DNA of 64,000 bases. Origin: Camelus dromedarius. Lineage: Eukaryota. Below the pieces are notes generated by a model, which saw nothing but the letters and a program-made list of their open reading frames with translations, was not told the DNA's origin and did no database searches. Positions 22,641 to 35,160 of this stretch are shown one piece after another. Numbering within the stretch: the first letter of the stretch is position 1; every line of letters begins with the position of its first letter. The stretch is taken from the NCBI RefSeq assembly GCF_036321535.1, contig NC_087436.1:117740001-117804000 (forward strand), written 5' to 3'. The position numbers and the translations under genes were made by a program.

Positions 22641-23658
22641 GTTTCTGTCTTTAGTGCCCTCTGACCCCAGAAATTAAAACATGATTGAGTCGATCCGAAT
22701 TTTCTCTTTTCAAATAACATTTGGGAAAAGAGGAGGGGGATTAGGATGGGACAGTATTTGTCCTCTGAGAGCTCACATCTTCCCCTGATCCCATAGGGGA
22801 GACACTGCTTCAGCAGAACATTCTAGAAAGGCTCTGAGCTGACCCATTCAGAGGATTCTTACAGCCTTTCCTTCTCCGGAGGAGCCACATTCTTCCCAGA
22901 GCGAAAGTTAGGCATCTTCCACGGGTGCCAAGTGTCACAGCTGTCCTCACCTGTGGGACATCCTGGGCAGGGCCTCGTGCTGGAGAAAGACACGCGTATT
23001 ATGGTTAGAGTTTTCACGTCGGTCTCCCTCCTCCCCTTCTCAACTGCACTCTTGAATGTCCTGTTTAGTTGTGGTTGTTTTAATTCCCTCTTTTCTCCTC
23101 TCTCTCCTCCTATTCTTAAATTCTTATGTAAATGTTACTGGTAATTATGGGTTCTTTATGACTGGGGTCATATCTGTCTGTCTCAAGTCATTCCAAAGGT
23201 CCTGCCTCCCTCCCCACGGAAAGAAGCTCTGACTTGATAAGAATTTCCTTGGCATTTGACCCTCATTCAGCAGAACTCATTGGCTGGAGAGGGCTCCCTC
23301 TCTGCCTGAGGTGGGAGCATTCTCCTGAGGGGAAATTTACATTTAAATTGGCCTCAAGAATGAAGCCACTAAAAGTGCCAGGGACGCCTGGCCTTTGAGG
23401 TTCAAAAGCTCCTGCTCTGATGTCAGTGCTTCAGAGCCACAAGCAGGAAAGTCTGCAGAAGTGGATCTCCAGAGGCAGGAAGTCCACAGGCTGCAATGTG
23501 AATGCCCTACCTGAGTACGCTTCTCGGTCAGGCTTTTGAGAACCAAAAAGGGGGTGAAATCACAGATCACTTTAAAACATGCTTATTCCCTTTGGAAAAG
23601 TCTCTCAGCTGAATTCTTTAGATTCTCGAAGCAAAAATGTCTGTGCCGAATTAACCCT

Positions 23659-23705
23659 CCCACCCCCACCCCTGCCCCTGACGTCAGTCCCATTCCACGT
23701 ACGTG
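23659..23705. promoter_or_regulatory. CACCC + CRE + palindromic HRE module
   Basis: TGACGTCA 23679-23686, CACGTACGTG 23696-23705. Confidence 0.4.
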
Positions 23706-24899
23706 TGCCTTCTCTTTTCCTTAAAAACAAGAGATTCTTCCTCCTTGTCCATCGTACCCGTCGAGCTGGTGGTTAGGGAAGGCTGTGATTACTGAAAATA
23801 TCAGGGTAGCTTCATTACTGTGGACACGTAATTGTCAGCCCCATGGCTCAGTTTATAGCAACCTCCTACCATACTCCTCAGAATCCCATGCTAATGCATA
23901 TCTGTTCGCCATTCTACATCGAGTTTGAGATGCCTGTGGTTGACAACAAAAGAAAAGGTCTTAGGAAACATGCTTTGCCAAACAGGTACTTCCCCTTGCA
24001 AGAGGTGGGGGGTGTCTTTGGCGGGTGACTCTGGGGTGGGCTTGTAGTTCTCAGGTTCCACACAAGAGGGCGCTTCGGTATCCCACTGCACAAGACCCCG
24101 AGAATTGCAGGGTGTTTTGTGGGGTAGCTTTTAGTAAAAGTATTTCAAAATCAGGCCCTGCTTACTCTTGGCGAAATTACTTCTGACCACAATTAAGAAA
24201 AAGGAAAGTTATATTTTGTGCAGATTCCTTGTCTTACTTGTAGACTTAACTTGAATTGGATTTTGCAGTCCCATGACAGTCTCTCAGAGCTTGGGCCTTC
24301 TAAGGAAGGAATCAGGTTTACCCAAATGCAGTTGTATCATTTTGCACAGCCAGAGTCCACAACAGGCAAAGCTAGGAGGCAACCAAAGAAGTGGGCATCC
24401 CATCTCAAAATGCTGCCAAGTGGTAAAGGTTCCTTCCAAACCTGGCCCTGCCTCCTTCCTGCTCTTCCTTCTTGTCTCATTAAAACCATGATCCATCCCA
24501 TCCCCTCCACTCCAGATTCAGTTTCTGAGGCACAGCTAAGCCAGGTTCTTTGAGAAAAAAAAATCTGAATTAATTCCCCACTGAGACATGAGTTAATCAT
24601 ATTATTCCTACCTTAACCCTTTCAGAATTAAAAAAAGCAAACAAAACTTGGTTAAAAAGAAGTCACCAACTTTAGGCTATAGTTCTTCTAATTAAAACAT
24701 TGGTACAGTGATGTGGCAGAAAGTGTTTATGTTAGCTAGATGTGGGCTCAAATCCAGATCTTATTACAGGCTGACAGTGGAGCAGGAAAGTCTGGAGACG
24801 ATCTGAGTTTTCACTCACAGGAGAGAAAGAGCGGGTAGGAAGGGACTGTGAGGAACAGACACACAAATTTTTTCTGATTTTCCCGATGTTCAGCACCCT

Positions 24900-25065
24900 G
24901 GTTACATGATTTTACACTAACATGCATCTTTCTTGAATTACCACGTGTCACCCATGCCTCTGCTCCCTGAGGGCAGGGTTCTGTCTGCATTGCTCACTGT
25001 CGTCCCCGGGGCATGGACACATGGCAGACGGTTACGGCACTTGCTGAGAAAATGGATGAAATGTG
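24900..25065 (+). mobile_element. L2 3' end
   Basis: gctccctgagggcaggg...tgctcactgt...aatggatgaa. Confidence 0.6.
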
Positions 25066-25394
25066 TGGTGGTCCAAACCTCCGGCCGCCTGAGAGTTTAC
25101 TTCTCAGCATTCGTTGGCCTGGACCCACCGCGATGGAGGCCTGGGTGAGGTGGGTGGCAGGTGCTTCAGGCAGGACCTGCGTCAGGGCTCAGGTGCATTT
25201 CTCCACTCAGGTAAGTGGGGAACGTCCGGATAGATGCCCTCGGCCAGACTCGCCTTCCGTGCTTGTAAAACAAAGGGGTTTCACGACGCCCGCCTCCCTA
25301 GAGGGGGTGATAGGGAGCAGTGGTCCTCCCAGGGTTGGGTCTGTGTTTCTCCTCCATAGATTAACAGTTGTGTGACCACAGACAGGTCACTAAA

Positions 25395-25596
25395 ACAATA
25401 AACAATGCTTCCGAGTGCCCACTATGTGCCAGGAGTGTTCTAATGCTATACTAACTCAGGTGCCCTTCATGACAGCCCTGGGAACTAGGCTACTATTCCT
25501 ATTCCCGTTTTACAATTGGGGAAATGGGGGCACAGAGAGGTTAAGCAACAAGTCCAAGGGCACACAGCAAATATGGGCAGAGCTGGTGTAGGAAGC
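25395..25596 (-). mobile_element. MIR (interrupted by MLT1)
   Basis: gagtgcccactatgtgccagg...ggcacagagaggttaagcaac. Confidence 0.8.
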
Positions 25597-25978
25597 TGTG
25601 TTAGTCAGCTGGGATCACTGTAGCAACATGCCCCAGACCGGATGGCTTTAACAACAGAATTTATCCTCTCACGGTTCTGGAGCTAGGGAATCCAAGGCCA
25701 AGGTGTCGGCAGGGTTGGTTTCTCCTGAGGCCTGTCTCCTTGGCTTGTAGACCCCGGTCTTCTCCCTGTGTCCTCACGTGGCCTTTTCTCTGTGCATCCT
25801 GCTGCTGGTACCTCTTCCTCTTCTTTCAAGGACACCAGTCCTGCGGGATCAGGGCCCCACCCTTATGACCTCATTTAACCTTAATTCCTTCTTAAAGGTC
25901 CTGTCTCCAAACACAGTCCCCTTGGGGTAGGGCTTCCACATGTGAATTTGCTGGGGGGACATGATTCAGTCCATGACA
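25597..25978 (-). mobile_element. MLT1A/B-like solo LTR
   Basis: tgtgttagtcagc...aaggtgtcggcagggttggtttctcctgagg...gggggacatgattcagtccatgaca. Confidence 0.85.
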
Positions 25979-26329
25979 GACCACACACAGTCTGCTCCAG
26001 TTTCTGGGTTCTTACACTCCCTTCCCCTCACCCCATCTCACTTTTCTACGTCTCAATGTTATCACATACAGAAGGATAACGGTAATGGCATCTACATGGG
26101 AAAGTCATCAGAACATAAAGTGAGACGATGTGTAAGGGCTTTTTAAAACAACAGAACACCATTCAAATATGAGGTTGTTAAAAAATGTGCCTCCATCACC
26201 CCCAGAAATGAGGATGTGCAGACTGATGTTTAGAACCATATGTTAGCTGGCTGAGTTGGAAAGACACTTTTCAACTGTCTCTTATGATGCAGTTAAAAAA
26301 AATTGACCTTCTCTGGTATGTCTGTCTCC

Positions 26330-26640
26330 TCTTACTCACTCCTCCCCATCACCCTCCCTCTATTAGGACATCTACCACTCATTCAAGTCTCAGCTCCAGA
26401 GTTGCCTCCTCCAGGAAGACTTCCTGGGTCTCCCTGGGCTGAGGACTCACCCGCAGCCCTTGTGTTCCCTTAGGCTCTAGCACACATCACAGGCACTAAG
26501 GCCAGCTGCTACGTTTCAGCCTCTCCCCAGACAGAAGCTCCTCGGAGCGTGTGTCCTCATCTCTTTTTTTTCCTGTTTACACGAGGTGTTGCGCTGCGCC
26601 CAGCACGCAGTGTGCGGTCAGGCAGTGTGAATTTCTTCTT
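26330..26640 (+). mobile_element. L2 fragment
   Basis: cattcaagtctcagctc...cctcctccaggaagacttcc. Confidence 0.6.
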
Positions 26641-28254
26641 TCCCAGTGTACTTTTCCAGCTTTCATCCACTCTCCTTCTCCTCTGCCTCCTCCTGTTCTT
26701 CTTTCTTCCTTTCTGAACAATTTTCTTTTCCGAGTTCAAAGCATAACATGCCCTCCCTAGAAAATTCGGCAAATTTGAAGACTCACGTGTAAAATAAAAA
26801 GCTATGATTCCATTACCTGGATATTTGCTTTAAGCAAAGTTCTTTCCACTCCTTTTCCTCTGCGCGTGTATTTCCTTTGGATAATTATCGTACTGCTATG
26901 CATGCAATTTTGTAGCTTGTTTTTTTTTTCCTTTTCTTCGTATTCTCTCATGCATATTCTCGTGTTCTGAAAGCTGCTTTGTAAAAACACCAGTTTCATT
27001 GACAGCTGCATATGTCTTTGTCTGGAGTGTTATTTATCCTCCCATCCTAATTCCTGCCTTTATAAGTCACCCTTGTGTTCTCATCAATTCATCAGTTTCA
27101 CCGTGTTCCCTCCTCCCTGGCTTTGCATTGCTTTCCTAGCTCTTCCTTCCAGTGAGTCACCTATTCCTTAAGCACTTTGTTCTTAGAGAATCACAGAGTT
27201 TTACATCTATATTTTCTTTCATCCAAAGGGCCTCAAAGCCCTTAAAAGGAGGGGCTCCCTCCTTGGAAATTGACTTTGCCTGGGAACTCAGGTTTTAGCG
27301 ATTCCCAGCAATTCCATCACGTGAGTAGGTATAAAATACAGTCAGCCCCATTTACAGATGGACACACTGAGACGCAGAGACCCTGTTTGCTTCTCCTAAG
27401 GTGCAGTATATGATCTGAAAGTAAAAAGAAGCGACTTTTTCTTTCCAGCTGGCTGATGTCTGGGGCTCACAAAACTTCATTAAGGATGAGTGCCTCGGTC
27501 ACTTTTCTATTTAGTCTAAACAAAGACTGAAATCAGGAGCCCCCAAACATTGTATTCTTTATAAAAATATTCCAGGAGGGCAGGCTGGGGAACCACGCTT
27601 GAGACACATCTTAGGAATCACTTTCTGTGGGAAGTTTTCTTGTCTCTCTGTGTTGGAGTTCAGGGCCCCCTCCTCAGGCTTGTCCCTGGTCACACGCAGT
27701 CATCAGTGTCTATGCTCATGTCCCCACCCTGGGTCTGCAAAGACCTTGAAAGGAAGAGGCCTGTCGTTCCCGCTCTGCCTCCCCTTGCCCAGCATGGTGC
27801 CTGGGACATGGTCAGCACGTGAGTGTGTCCAAGTGAATGCATCTCCGCAGGCGACCATGTGGGTTTGGGGGCTGAAAAATGGAAAAGGAGACATAAGAAG
27901 ATCAAAAGTTTAGGAAAGAAGCGGACAAAATTAGGTCAGACTTGGTGCTACATGCACCAGCTGACTCAAACCGCCGGCCCAACTGGCAGTCCCCTTTCTC
28001 ACTGTAAAGGTCACAGCGTGCAGCTCATCCATCCGTGTCCTATGAGTGGGTCTCAGCGAGGTGGTCTCCACTCTGTCCTCCGGCCTCGTCCAGGCTGATC
28101 ACCTTTGGGAACTCCAAGCCAGGAGATTCCCCTAGGATCCCAGGACCATGTGAAGCTGTGTGTGGGCAGCTGGATGGCCTCCCTCAGGGACATCAGTCTC
28201 CCTCCCGCTTCCTTTTCCTCCTTCGTCAGGAGCTCACCAGATGTTTGTCACACC

Positions 28255-28792
28255 TGTAGTAGACGGCCAGTGATGATCACCTCCTCCTGGTAGTCACGCC
28301 CTGGAGAAGCCCCTCCCCTCGAGCGTGGACTGGACCCACCGACTCACTGCTAACCTGAGAACATGGCTGAAAGGACGTGAAGTCACATCTGTCGTCAGGC
28401 TCCAAAAGTCTGATCTCCTCTTGCTAGCAGATTCTTTCTGTTGACTTCTGGGCTTGTGCCTTTGATGATGTTGGCTGCTTGTGGGAGAGGCCACGTGGCC
28501 AGGAAGTGAAGGTGGCTTCCAGCCAACAACCAGTGAGATGTTGAGGCCCAGCCAATCGCCACCAGGAGCTGAATGTGGCCAAAAACCACCAAGTGGGCTG
28601 ATCCTTCCCCAGGGGAGCCTTTGGATGAGGTCACCGCCCCTGGGCTGCACCTGGTTGGCGTTGAGGCAGAAAGTGGGAAGCAGAGCACCCAGCTAAGCAC
28701 TCCTGACCCCCAGGAACTGTGAGATGATAAATGCAGTTGTTTCAAACTAAGCTTTGGCGTGACTTGCTGTGTAGCAGCAGATGACAAACACA
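28255..28792 (+). mobile_element. MLT1F-like solo LTR
   Basis: gagaggccacgtggccaggaa...cccagctaagc...aactgtgagatgataaatg...gcagcagatgacaaacaca. Confidence 0.8.
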
Positions 28793-28799
28793 GCACTCG

Positions 28800-29311
28800 C
28801 TCAGTGCCATTGCCTTCTCTGGGCACTTTGAATTCATTTGTGGCTGCTTCCATGGCCTCCCCACCCTGCGGTCTCACAGGGGTTGAAAGGATAAAACCGG
28901 CATTACCCAGCCTCCCTCACTGCTATGCTTCTGGATGTAACTTAGGTTCTGCAAGTGCGGTGAGCTCGTGCGAGATCTGGAAGGCAGGCTTTTTGCTGTG
29001 GCAGCTGATGATCAGGTTCTGGCAGATGTGAGCCTTTGCAGTGGCTGCGCTCCATGCACCACTCTCTACTTATCCATTCCTGGGTGTGGGGCTGCTGGGG
29101 CATCAGCAGGGAGTTCCAGCTGTTTGCTGAGCTCAAAACTGAAACAGTGGTGAGGCAACCTTGAAGCTGGAAACCCAGCAGCAGCCCCATAACTTCTTTT
29201 CATCCAGCCTGTCCAACAGTTTTGTAAGTGCTGATTCCTCCAGACTGAATACCTTTCTGCCAAAAATACCTAGACACGTTTCTGTTTCCTGCACTGAACT
29301 CTGCTGATGCA
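28800..29311 (+). mobile_element. LTR33-like ERVL LTR
   Basis: tctggatgtaacttaggttctgc...gagatctggaaggc...aaaatacctagacacgtttctgtttcctgcactgaactctgctgatgca. Confidence 0.7.
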
Positions 29312-29420
29312 ACCATTCAGCCTGACGTAATCCAGACCTCAGAGTGCCCACCGTCTAGTGATGGAGACGGAACATTAGGAAGTTCTTTCACTACAATGTG
29401 CCTGGCTCTTACCCCCTCCT

Positions 29421-29747
29421 CAGAGCAGCTGACTGTGAAGCTGACAAGCTTAGGCTTCAACATCTCTCACTTGTATGAATTTCTTCCAAGGGTCCAAGAA
29501 AGGCCTTGCAATTTTGAATTCTTTTTTGGGGGGGGGGGATGGAGGAGGTAATTAGGCTTATTTATTTATAATGGAGGTGCTGGAGATTGAAACCAGGACG
29601 CTGTGCACACTAAGCACATGCTCCACCACTGAGCTACACCCTTCCCCCTTACAATTTTGTTTTCATAATTGTATTTTTTTTCTTAATAAGCACCCCCATC
29701 CAAAATTATATAAGCTTATGGCTCCTAAAAACCTGGATCAGACCCTG
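29421..29747 (+). mobile_element. MER69A-like hAT-Tip100 MITE (hosts a Vic-1 SINE)
   Basis: gtgaagctgacaagcttaggcttca...aaattatataagctt...aaaacctggatcagaccctg. Confidence 0.7.
29522..29647 (-). mobile_element. Vic-1-type camelid SINE
   Basis: ggaggtaattaggc...gattgaaaccagg...accactgagctacacccttcccc; TSD ccttgcaattttg / ccttacaattttg. Confidence 0.85.
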
Positions 29748-30438
29748 GCTCTGGGGAGTCTCACCCACTCGAAGGCTTAGCTCTCCAACTAATGGTGGAA
29801 ATCTCTCAGCAACATACCGTCCACCAAGCCTGAGCTCCATAGCTCTACCCTCTTGCTGGATACCACCCCCGGGCTGTCCCCCTGGCACTGTAAACTCAAC
29901 ACTTGCTTTTTCTCCCAACCTCCTTTCACCCTGGGGGTCCTCTTTGATTGACTGCCCTCACTGTCCACCTGTTGGCCCAAACCAGACTCAGGAAGGCCAT
30001 CATTGGCTCCCCCTTCTTGGTCTTGCCTCGTTCATGGGGCTGCTGCACCGCAGAGAATCCGTGAAAGTGAGAGTCAGCGAGAACGGGGCAGACTTGGCCA
30101 TCCTGTCACCAGAAGGGTGGCCTGGGGAGGGAGATGCCAGGGCCCAGGGTCCGGGGAACAGTGCCTACGTGGGTAGACAACATGATACGGGGAGCCTGGA
30201 GAACGACCCCAAGTCTAATGCCCACGGCGAGGTGAGGATGGAAGTGACAACAGGGCCAGGTGAGTACCCAGATAATTAACGACGAGGGGGAGTCCGAGTA
30301 GAAATGAGGAGGAGTCCTACTCAGATTGAGGATAATCCAGGGACAGAGGAGTTGAGAATGACTCAGGACTGAGGCTGTGAGTCGGAGGGGCGTGGCCTGG
30401 AGCTCCCCTTTTCATGGCACCTGTTACTTCCAGGGTCG

Positions 30439-30878
30439 TGTCTATGCGCAGGTCCCCCCAAAGCTGATCCTGTGATAAGGATGTGGTTCAAGTTAACATA
30501 TGTGGGCGATGAACCCAGAGAAGGGACGTGAGGCAGGAAGAGGAGAGGCAATAAAGCGGGTGAAGTGGGCAGGTCCCTGCTGTGGGCAGCTCCAGGCTCA
30601 GTGCCCCAGAGGATCCAGAGAGTGTGCAGAACACACCCCAGAGCTGGCCCACGGAGGAGGGGAACCGGGGGGATTGGTCCTCCAGCTCCTGGCTGGCACT
30701 GGTCGAGGGTGGCTCCTGGAATGTCCACTTGGTAGTGCTCCGGCCACCCTGCTGGCCAAGCCAGATGAGCCCCTGCAGCCAGAGGGGCAGGAGCCCTGGG
30801 GCTTGTCTGGTAATGTCTGCAGTGGCCTCCAGGGTGCAGGTGAGGCGCTATGGGTGGGCATTGATGGCACCTGCTTCA
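30439..30878 (-). mobile_element. LTR16-like ERVL solo LTR
   Basis: Minus strand starts tgaagcaggtgccatcaatgcccacccatagc; gctgtgggcagctccaggctcagt; gaacacaccccagag. Confidence 0.65.
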
Positions 30879-31019
30879 GGGGCTGCCTCTGCTGTCTCAA
30901 AGGCTGGGACACCGTCCCTTGGGTGCAACCCACCTGTGGGAGCCTAACTTCTCCATCTGTCTGGGGGGCAGTGGGAGGGCGTGTCCTGCTCCTCTGGCTC
31001 ACTGAGGGCCCAGCAGCAG

Positions 31020-31215
31020 GCATGGTGCACACTGAGGCAAGAGCTCGCTGGCTTTGAGTCCAAGAGACCTGGATTTAAAACCTGAAATCGCAGCTCCGCA
31101 GCCGTGTGACTGAGCAATTTCCTTATCCCCTGGGTCTCACGGCCCTCATGCATAAGACGGGATAACAGGACCCACACTGCAGAGCTCCTGTGGGAATTAA
31201 ATGGATCCCTAGGAG
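31020..31215 (+). mobile_element. MIR
   Basis: ggctttgagtccaagagacctggattt...gccgtgtgactgagcaa. Confidence 0.6.
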
Positions 31216-31889
31216 AACCCCCTCTTGCCCCAGCACTTATTGCTGATCAGCTTCAGGGATTGGTGGATTCCGCCTCACGGATTTTCCTTGGTCATCCTCA
31301 GCCGTGACCTTGGCCCTGGGGGCTTCCCCCAGTTCCCAGACCTTGCTCGCACTCGGCTCCAACTCATCCTTCCTTTGCTTCTTCTGAAGCAGCCCCTCGA
31401 GGGTAAGAAGTCCCGTCTGGGCAGGCTGCGGGAGCTGTCAGGGCCCTCTGGCCAAGGACACACCGGCACCTTTGGAGTGTGCCGGCTGGCAGAGCTGCTG
31501 CCCTCGCGGGGCTGTGTGGTTCACTCTTCTCAGCTCGTGGAATGACAAGACTGCAGGAGGCCCCAGTGGCCTTGGCAGCAGGGCCAATGTTTAGACAATT
31601 TCTTCTGCTGTTTGAATAAGAGCCGTGGTGGAATTGCATCCTTGTCTGGTTGCCTCTCTTGTGGCCGGACAGCCTGACAGTCCATCGTTCGCCTCAGCTC
31701 CTGCAGAAGTTTTATAGGTGGGGAATCTTCCAGGGGACTTCAGGGCTCACTGCCCCTTCCCCTTTATGCAGGCAGCTCCCTTTTGAATTGACTTAAGTGT
31801 CGAGGCATCTGAGCCCCTAGGATGGCTCTGAAAGACCTTGACCCAGGAAGTTGCTCTCTCTCCCCAACAACCACTAACCTAAAAGATAG

Positions 31890-32440
31890 AATGACCTTTA
31901 CATGTTATTTATTTAGGATGCTCAGAGAGGTTAAGCGACCTTCCTTAAGCTGCACAGTCAAATTAGTGGCAGAATTAGGGAGAGCAGCCAGGTTTGCTGA
32001 CTTCAAATCTTCTAGCATCTGGGTATATGGAGAGTTTTAGGGTCCAGATGAGGGCAGGGCTCACCTGGACCCACCTTCCTACCTTTTTAAAGATTAATGA
32101 GAAATTGAGTAGAAAATGATATGAAATCTCCCATAAAGGTGCAGTTGGTCATGATCAGGGGTTTTTTTGGTCTGTGTGATCTGGAAGCCAGTGTGAGAAA
32201 GAGGTTGGGTGCTCAAGCCTGGAGACAGACACTCCCACGTTCAAGTCCAGGTTTCTCACGTTCTGGGCTGTGTGATCTTGGGCAACTCGCTTAACCTCTC
32301 TGTGCCTAAGTTGCCCCATCTGTAAAATGATGATGCTGATCCCACCGAGTTGAGTTGGAGCACTAAGCACAATGTCTGGGGCAGGATGAACCCCAGAAAT
32401 GTTAGCTGTGACTGTTACTGACTTTGTTGTCACTGTTATC
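31890..32440. mobile_element. Two MIRs (minus ~31890-32020, plus ~32190-32440)
   Basis: ctcagagaggttaagcgac; gctgtgtgatcttgggcaactcgcttaacctctctgtgcc. Confidence 0.75.
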
Positions 32441-32914
32441 ACCTCCGCGAAGGTTAATTTAAATACGACATCAAGTAAAGGCTCAGGAACTGAGAGCAAT
32501 GATGATTACTGTTGCCCTTGAACCTGGAAGTGGCTCCTTGGTCCCCTAGATGGGGAGGCTGCCCGGGAGGAGAGGGGAGAACATGACCTTCAGAAGAGAT
32601 CGAGGAGGGTGTTCCTCATGAAGACCGAATGAGGCAACACCATACGTAGCTCAGGCCAGAAAAGGGGGAACGGGCCAGGGACCCTGGGTGATATGATCCA
32701 GATTCTCTGCTTCAAGTTAAATCCTGCCCAAGTGATAAAGCACACTAGGAAACTTAAAGGGGGGGAGCGGGATAAAGGGGGGAGTCCTCAGCCCTGGGCC
32801 CAATTAATTGTGTGGTCTTGAAAAGTCACATCCCACTTTAGGCCTCTATACACTTGAAGATGAAGAGGTATATTGAGCTGATCAGCCCCTCTTAGTTCTG
32901 AATTCTGTCTACCC

Positions 32915-33050
32915 AGCAACACATCCACACATCCATCCTTCCATCCATCATCCATTCATGTATCCACCCACGCATCGTTGCATCCACTCATCCTCCATCC
33001 ATCCATACATCCATCCTTCCCATCCTTCCATCCATCCTTCCATCCATCTC
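32915..33050 (+). repeat. Degenerate (CCAT)n repeat at the tail of a minus-strand L2
   Basis: catccatccttccatccatc array. Confidence 0.8.
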
Positions 33051-33544
33051 TTCTTTCGTCTATTCAGTCATCCGTCTACCATCCTACGTACAAGGCTCTG
33101 TGCTGGGTATCAGAAAACAGACGAAGAGGCCTGGGTCAGAGCCCACTGTTGAGGAGTCTGCAGGTGGACTCACGGTCCCACAGTTGGTCAGTGGGCCAGG
33201 CTTCCATCCCAGAGCTGTCCACCCCAGAATCACCAGGCCCTACTGTGCCTTGGCCCCGTGGCCCTTCCTGCCCTTGTGAGCTGTCAGACCACGAGGGCTG
33301 CGAGTTCAAACCATTCTCTTGCACCATTTTGCGTCATGTGCTGGGGTCCGCACTCCACCTGCACTTCCACTGTTAATCCTCATTCAGTCCTGTGAAGCAC
33401 TTGAACATTAGTCATTATTCTTATGTCTATTATTTACCACCTGTCAGGAGAGGACCAACAGCTCAGTAAATGTCTGATGGGTGGATGGAAGGGAGGGGGA
33501 CCGTCCCTCACACTCCAGGCCAGAGTGTCGAGAGCTGGTCCACA

Positions 33545-33960
33545 AAGGTGTCATCTGAGGCTCTCTCTTCCACCACGTGAGGTGGGCACTGGGGCGCCCA
33601 TTAATATCTTTGACCCCAGGGGGCAGGCATCAAGCCTCATTAACCCGACGAGTCCGCGAGGCAGCGGGATTTGTGTAATCTTGTTTTCCCTTCAGCTGGC
33701 TTCCCAGGACACCACTGTGCTGGCGCTGAGGCCTCAGGAACTCAGGAAAATTCCCCGGGCTGGGCGGAGGCCTCGCATCGCTGACTAAGCCTTGTCTGCT
33801 CGCATGAGAGCCCCGCGTGTCACCTCCACCTCCGTGCTCAGGCCCAGCCAGGCGCTGCTCGGCCCTCTCCGCCTCCGCCGGCCCCTACTCCAGGGTCGGG
33901 GGCAGTGCGGGGGAGCCCCCGATCCCCGGCCCCCGACTGCCGAGACACGTGTAAGCACTT
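33545..33960. promoter_or_regulatory. CpG-enriched candidate enhancer
   Basis: Local CpG retention; GGAAAATTCCCC 33745; CACGTG 33574 and 33946. Confidence 0.35.
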
Positions 33961-34964
33961 TGTGAAACTCTCCAGGCCACGGAGAACAGAGAAAGAAAGA
34001 GAACTCATGTCCACGAATGGTCCCCTCATGCTGGCAACTTTATACCCACCAGGGTCCATCCTCTAACTACCATGTGGGGACCCCCTTCAGGGTGACCTCA
34101 GAGACACGAGAGGGTCTGCTGGAACCCCAGAGGATGGAGCAGCAGGAGGTCCTGGAGGGGCACTGAGTTTGGGGTCACACTGCTTGGGTTCAGCTCCTGC
34201 TCCCTGACTTCTGGGCCCCAGAGACCTGGGTTGATTTCCTTGTCGGATGGGTGGATGGAAGGAAGGGGAGCCCTACCCCCCAAGGAATGAGAAGGAGTAA
34301 TGAGATGCTGGTATACAGCAGGAGCTCATGAAATGTTGGTTTCCCTCTTTTTCATTCATCCATTCATTTCACAATTTGGAACTTACTAGATGCCAGGCCT
34401 AGCAGTTGAATAGTGACAAGACAGTTGTGGAGGGGCCCTTCCCTTAATAAAAGCTATTATTTAACTGGAATGACAGTCTCTAAATCACACTAATAATATG
34501 CAGTGCTGGAAAGCGACAGAGGCTGGTGCGACGTGCAGGCAGAGGGGCAGGGGCACTGGAGAGAGCGGGTGAGCGAGCGGGACTCGGCAGCCCTGCCCCC
34601 ATGGCCGCCTCCCCAGCAGCTGAAGCGTGGCCGGGCAGAGTGTAGGAGATATTCTCAGGATAAAGCTCGTATCCCAGCAAAATCCATCACTGTTTATTCT
34701 GACGAGTCGCGGCTGGTAATAACCCCTAGGGCCTTTGGATGTGGGTGTTTCCAAATTGTCCTTTCACTGCTCTGTGTCTGTGTTGTTAAAACCAGCGATT
34801 TCGTGCCAAAAGCACAAAAGCAATGTGGTCCCGGTGGACTCTGGCCAGGCATCGAGGACAGAGGCTGGTGCAGAGCAGAGCGAGGAACCAATGGGGATCT
34901 TTCTTACATGGCGTTTGTGAGCCCAGAATTGTCTTTTCTCCCTCCCCGAGGATGCTCAGTCAAC

Positions 34965-35160
34965 GGACAGTCATTTCCCTGATGGGTGCCCAGTGCTGGA
35001 TGGCGCTGCCCTCACAGAGCCCTCTCAGCGGCTCCACTGGGGTGGGACTGTGATTATGTCCAATTTGCAGAGGAGAGAACTGAGCTTGAAGGTTAAGCCA
35101 CTCGCTGGGGGTGGGGCCGGGTTTTGAACCCAGGCCCTGGGCTTTAAGCATGCAGCATGG
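34965..35160 (-). mobile_element. MIR
   Basis: ccaatttgcagaggagagaactgagc...ggttaagcca...gggttttgaacccagg. Confidence 0.65.

Noticed and set aside
25108..25210. Possible plus-strand exon (ttctcag ... CAG|GTAAGT)
   Set aside because: Splice motifs only; short pyrimidine tract, no recognisable product or partner exons.
30054..30259. Possible plus-strand exon with an open frame ending CAG|GTGAGT
   Set aside because: Weak acceptor, unrecognised peptide, and it sits among LTR/L2 debris. It would need RNA-seq or TBLASTN support.
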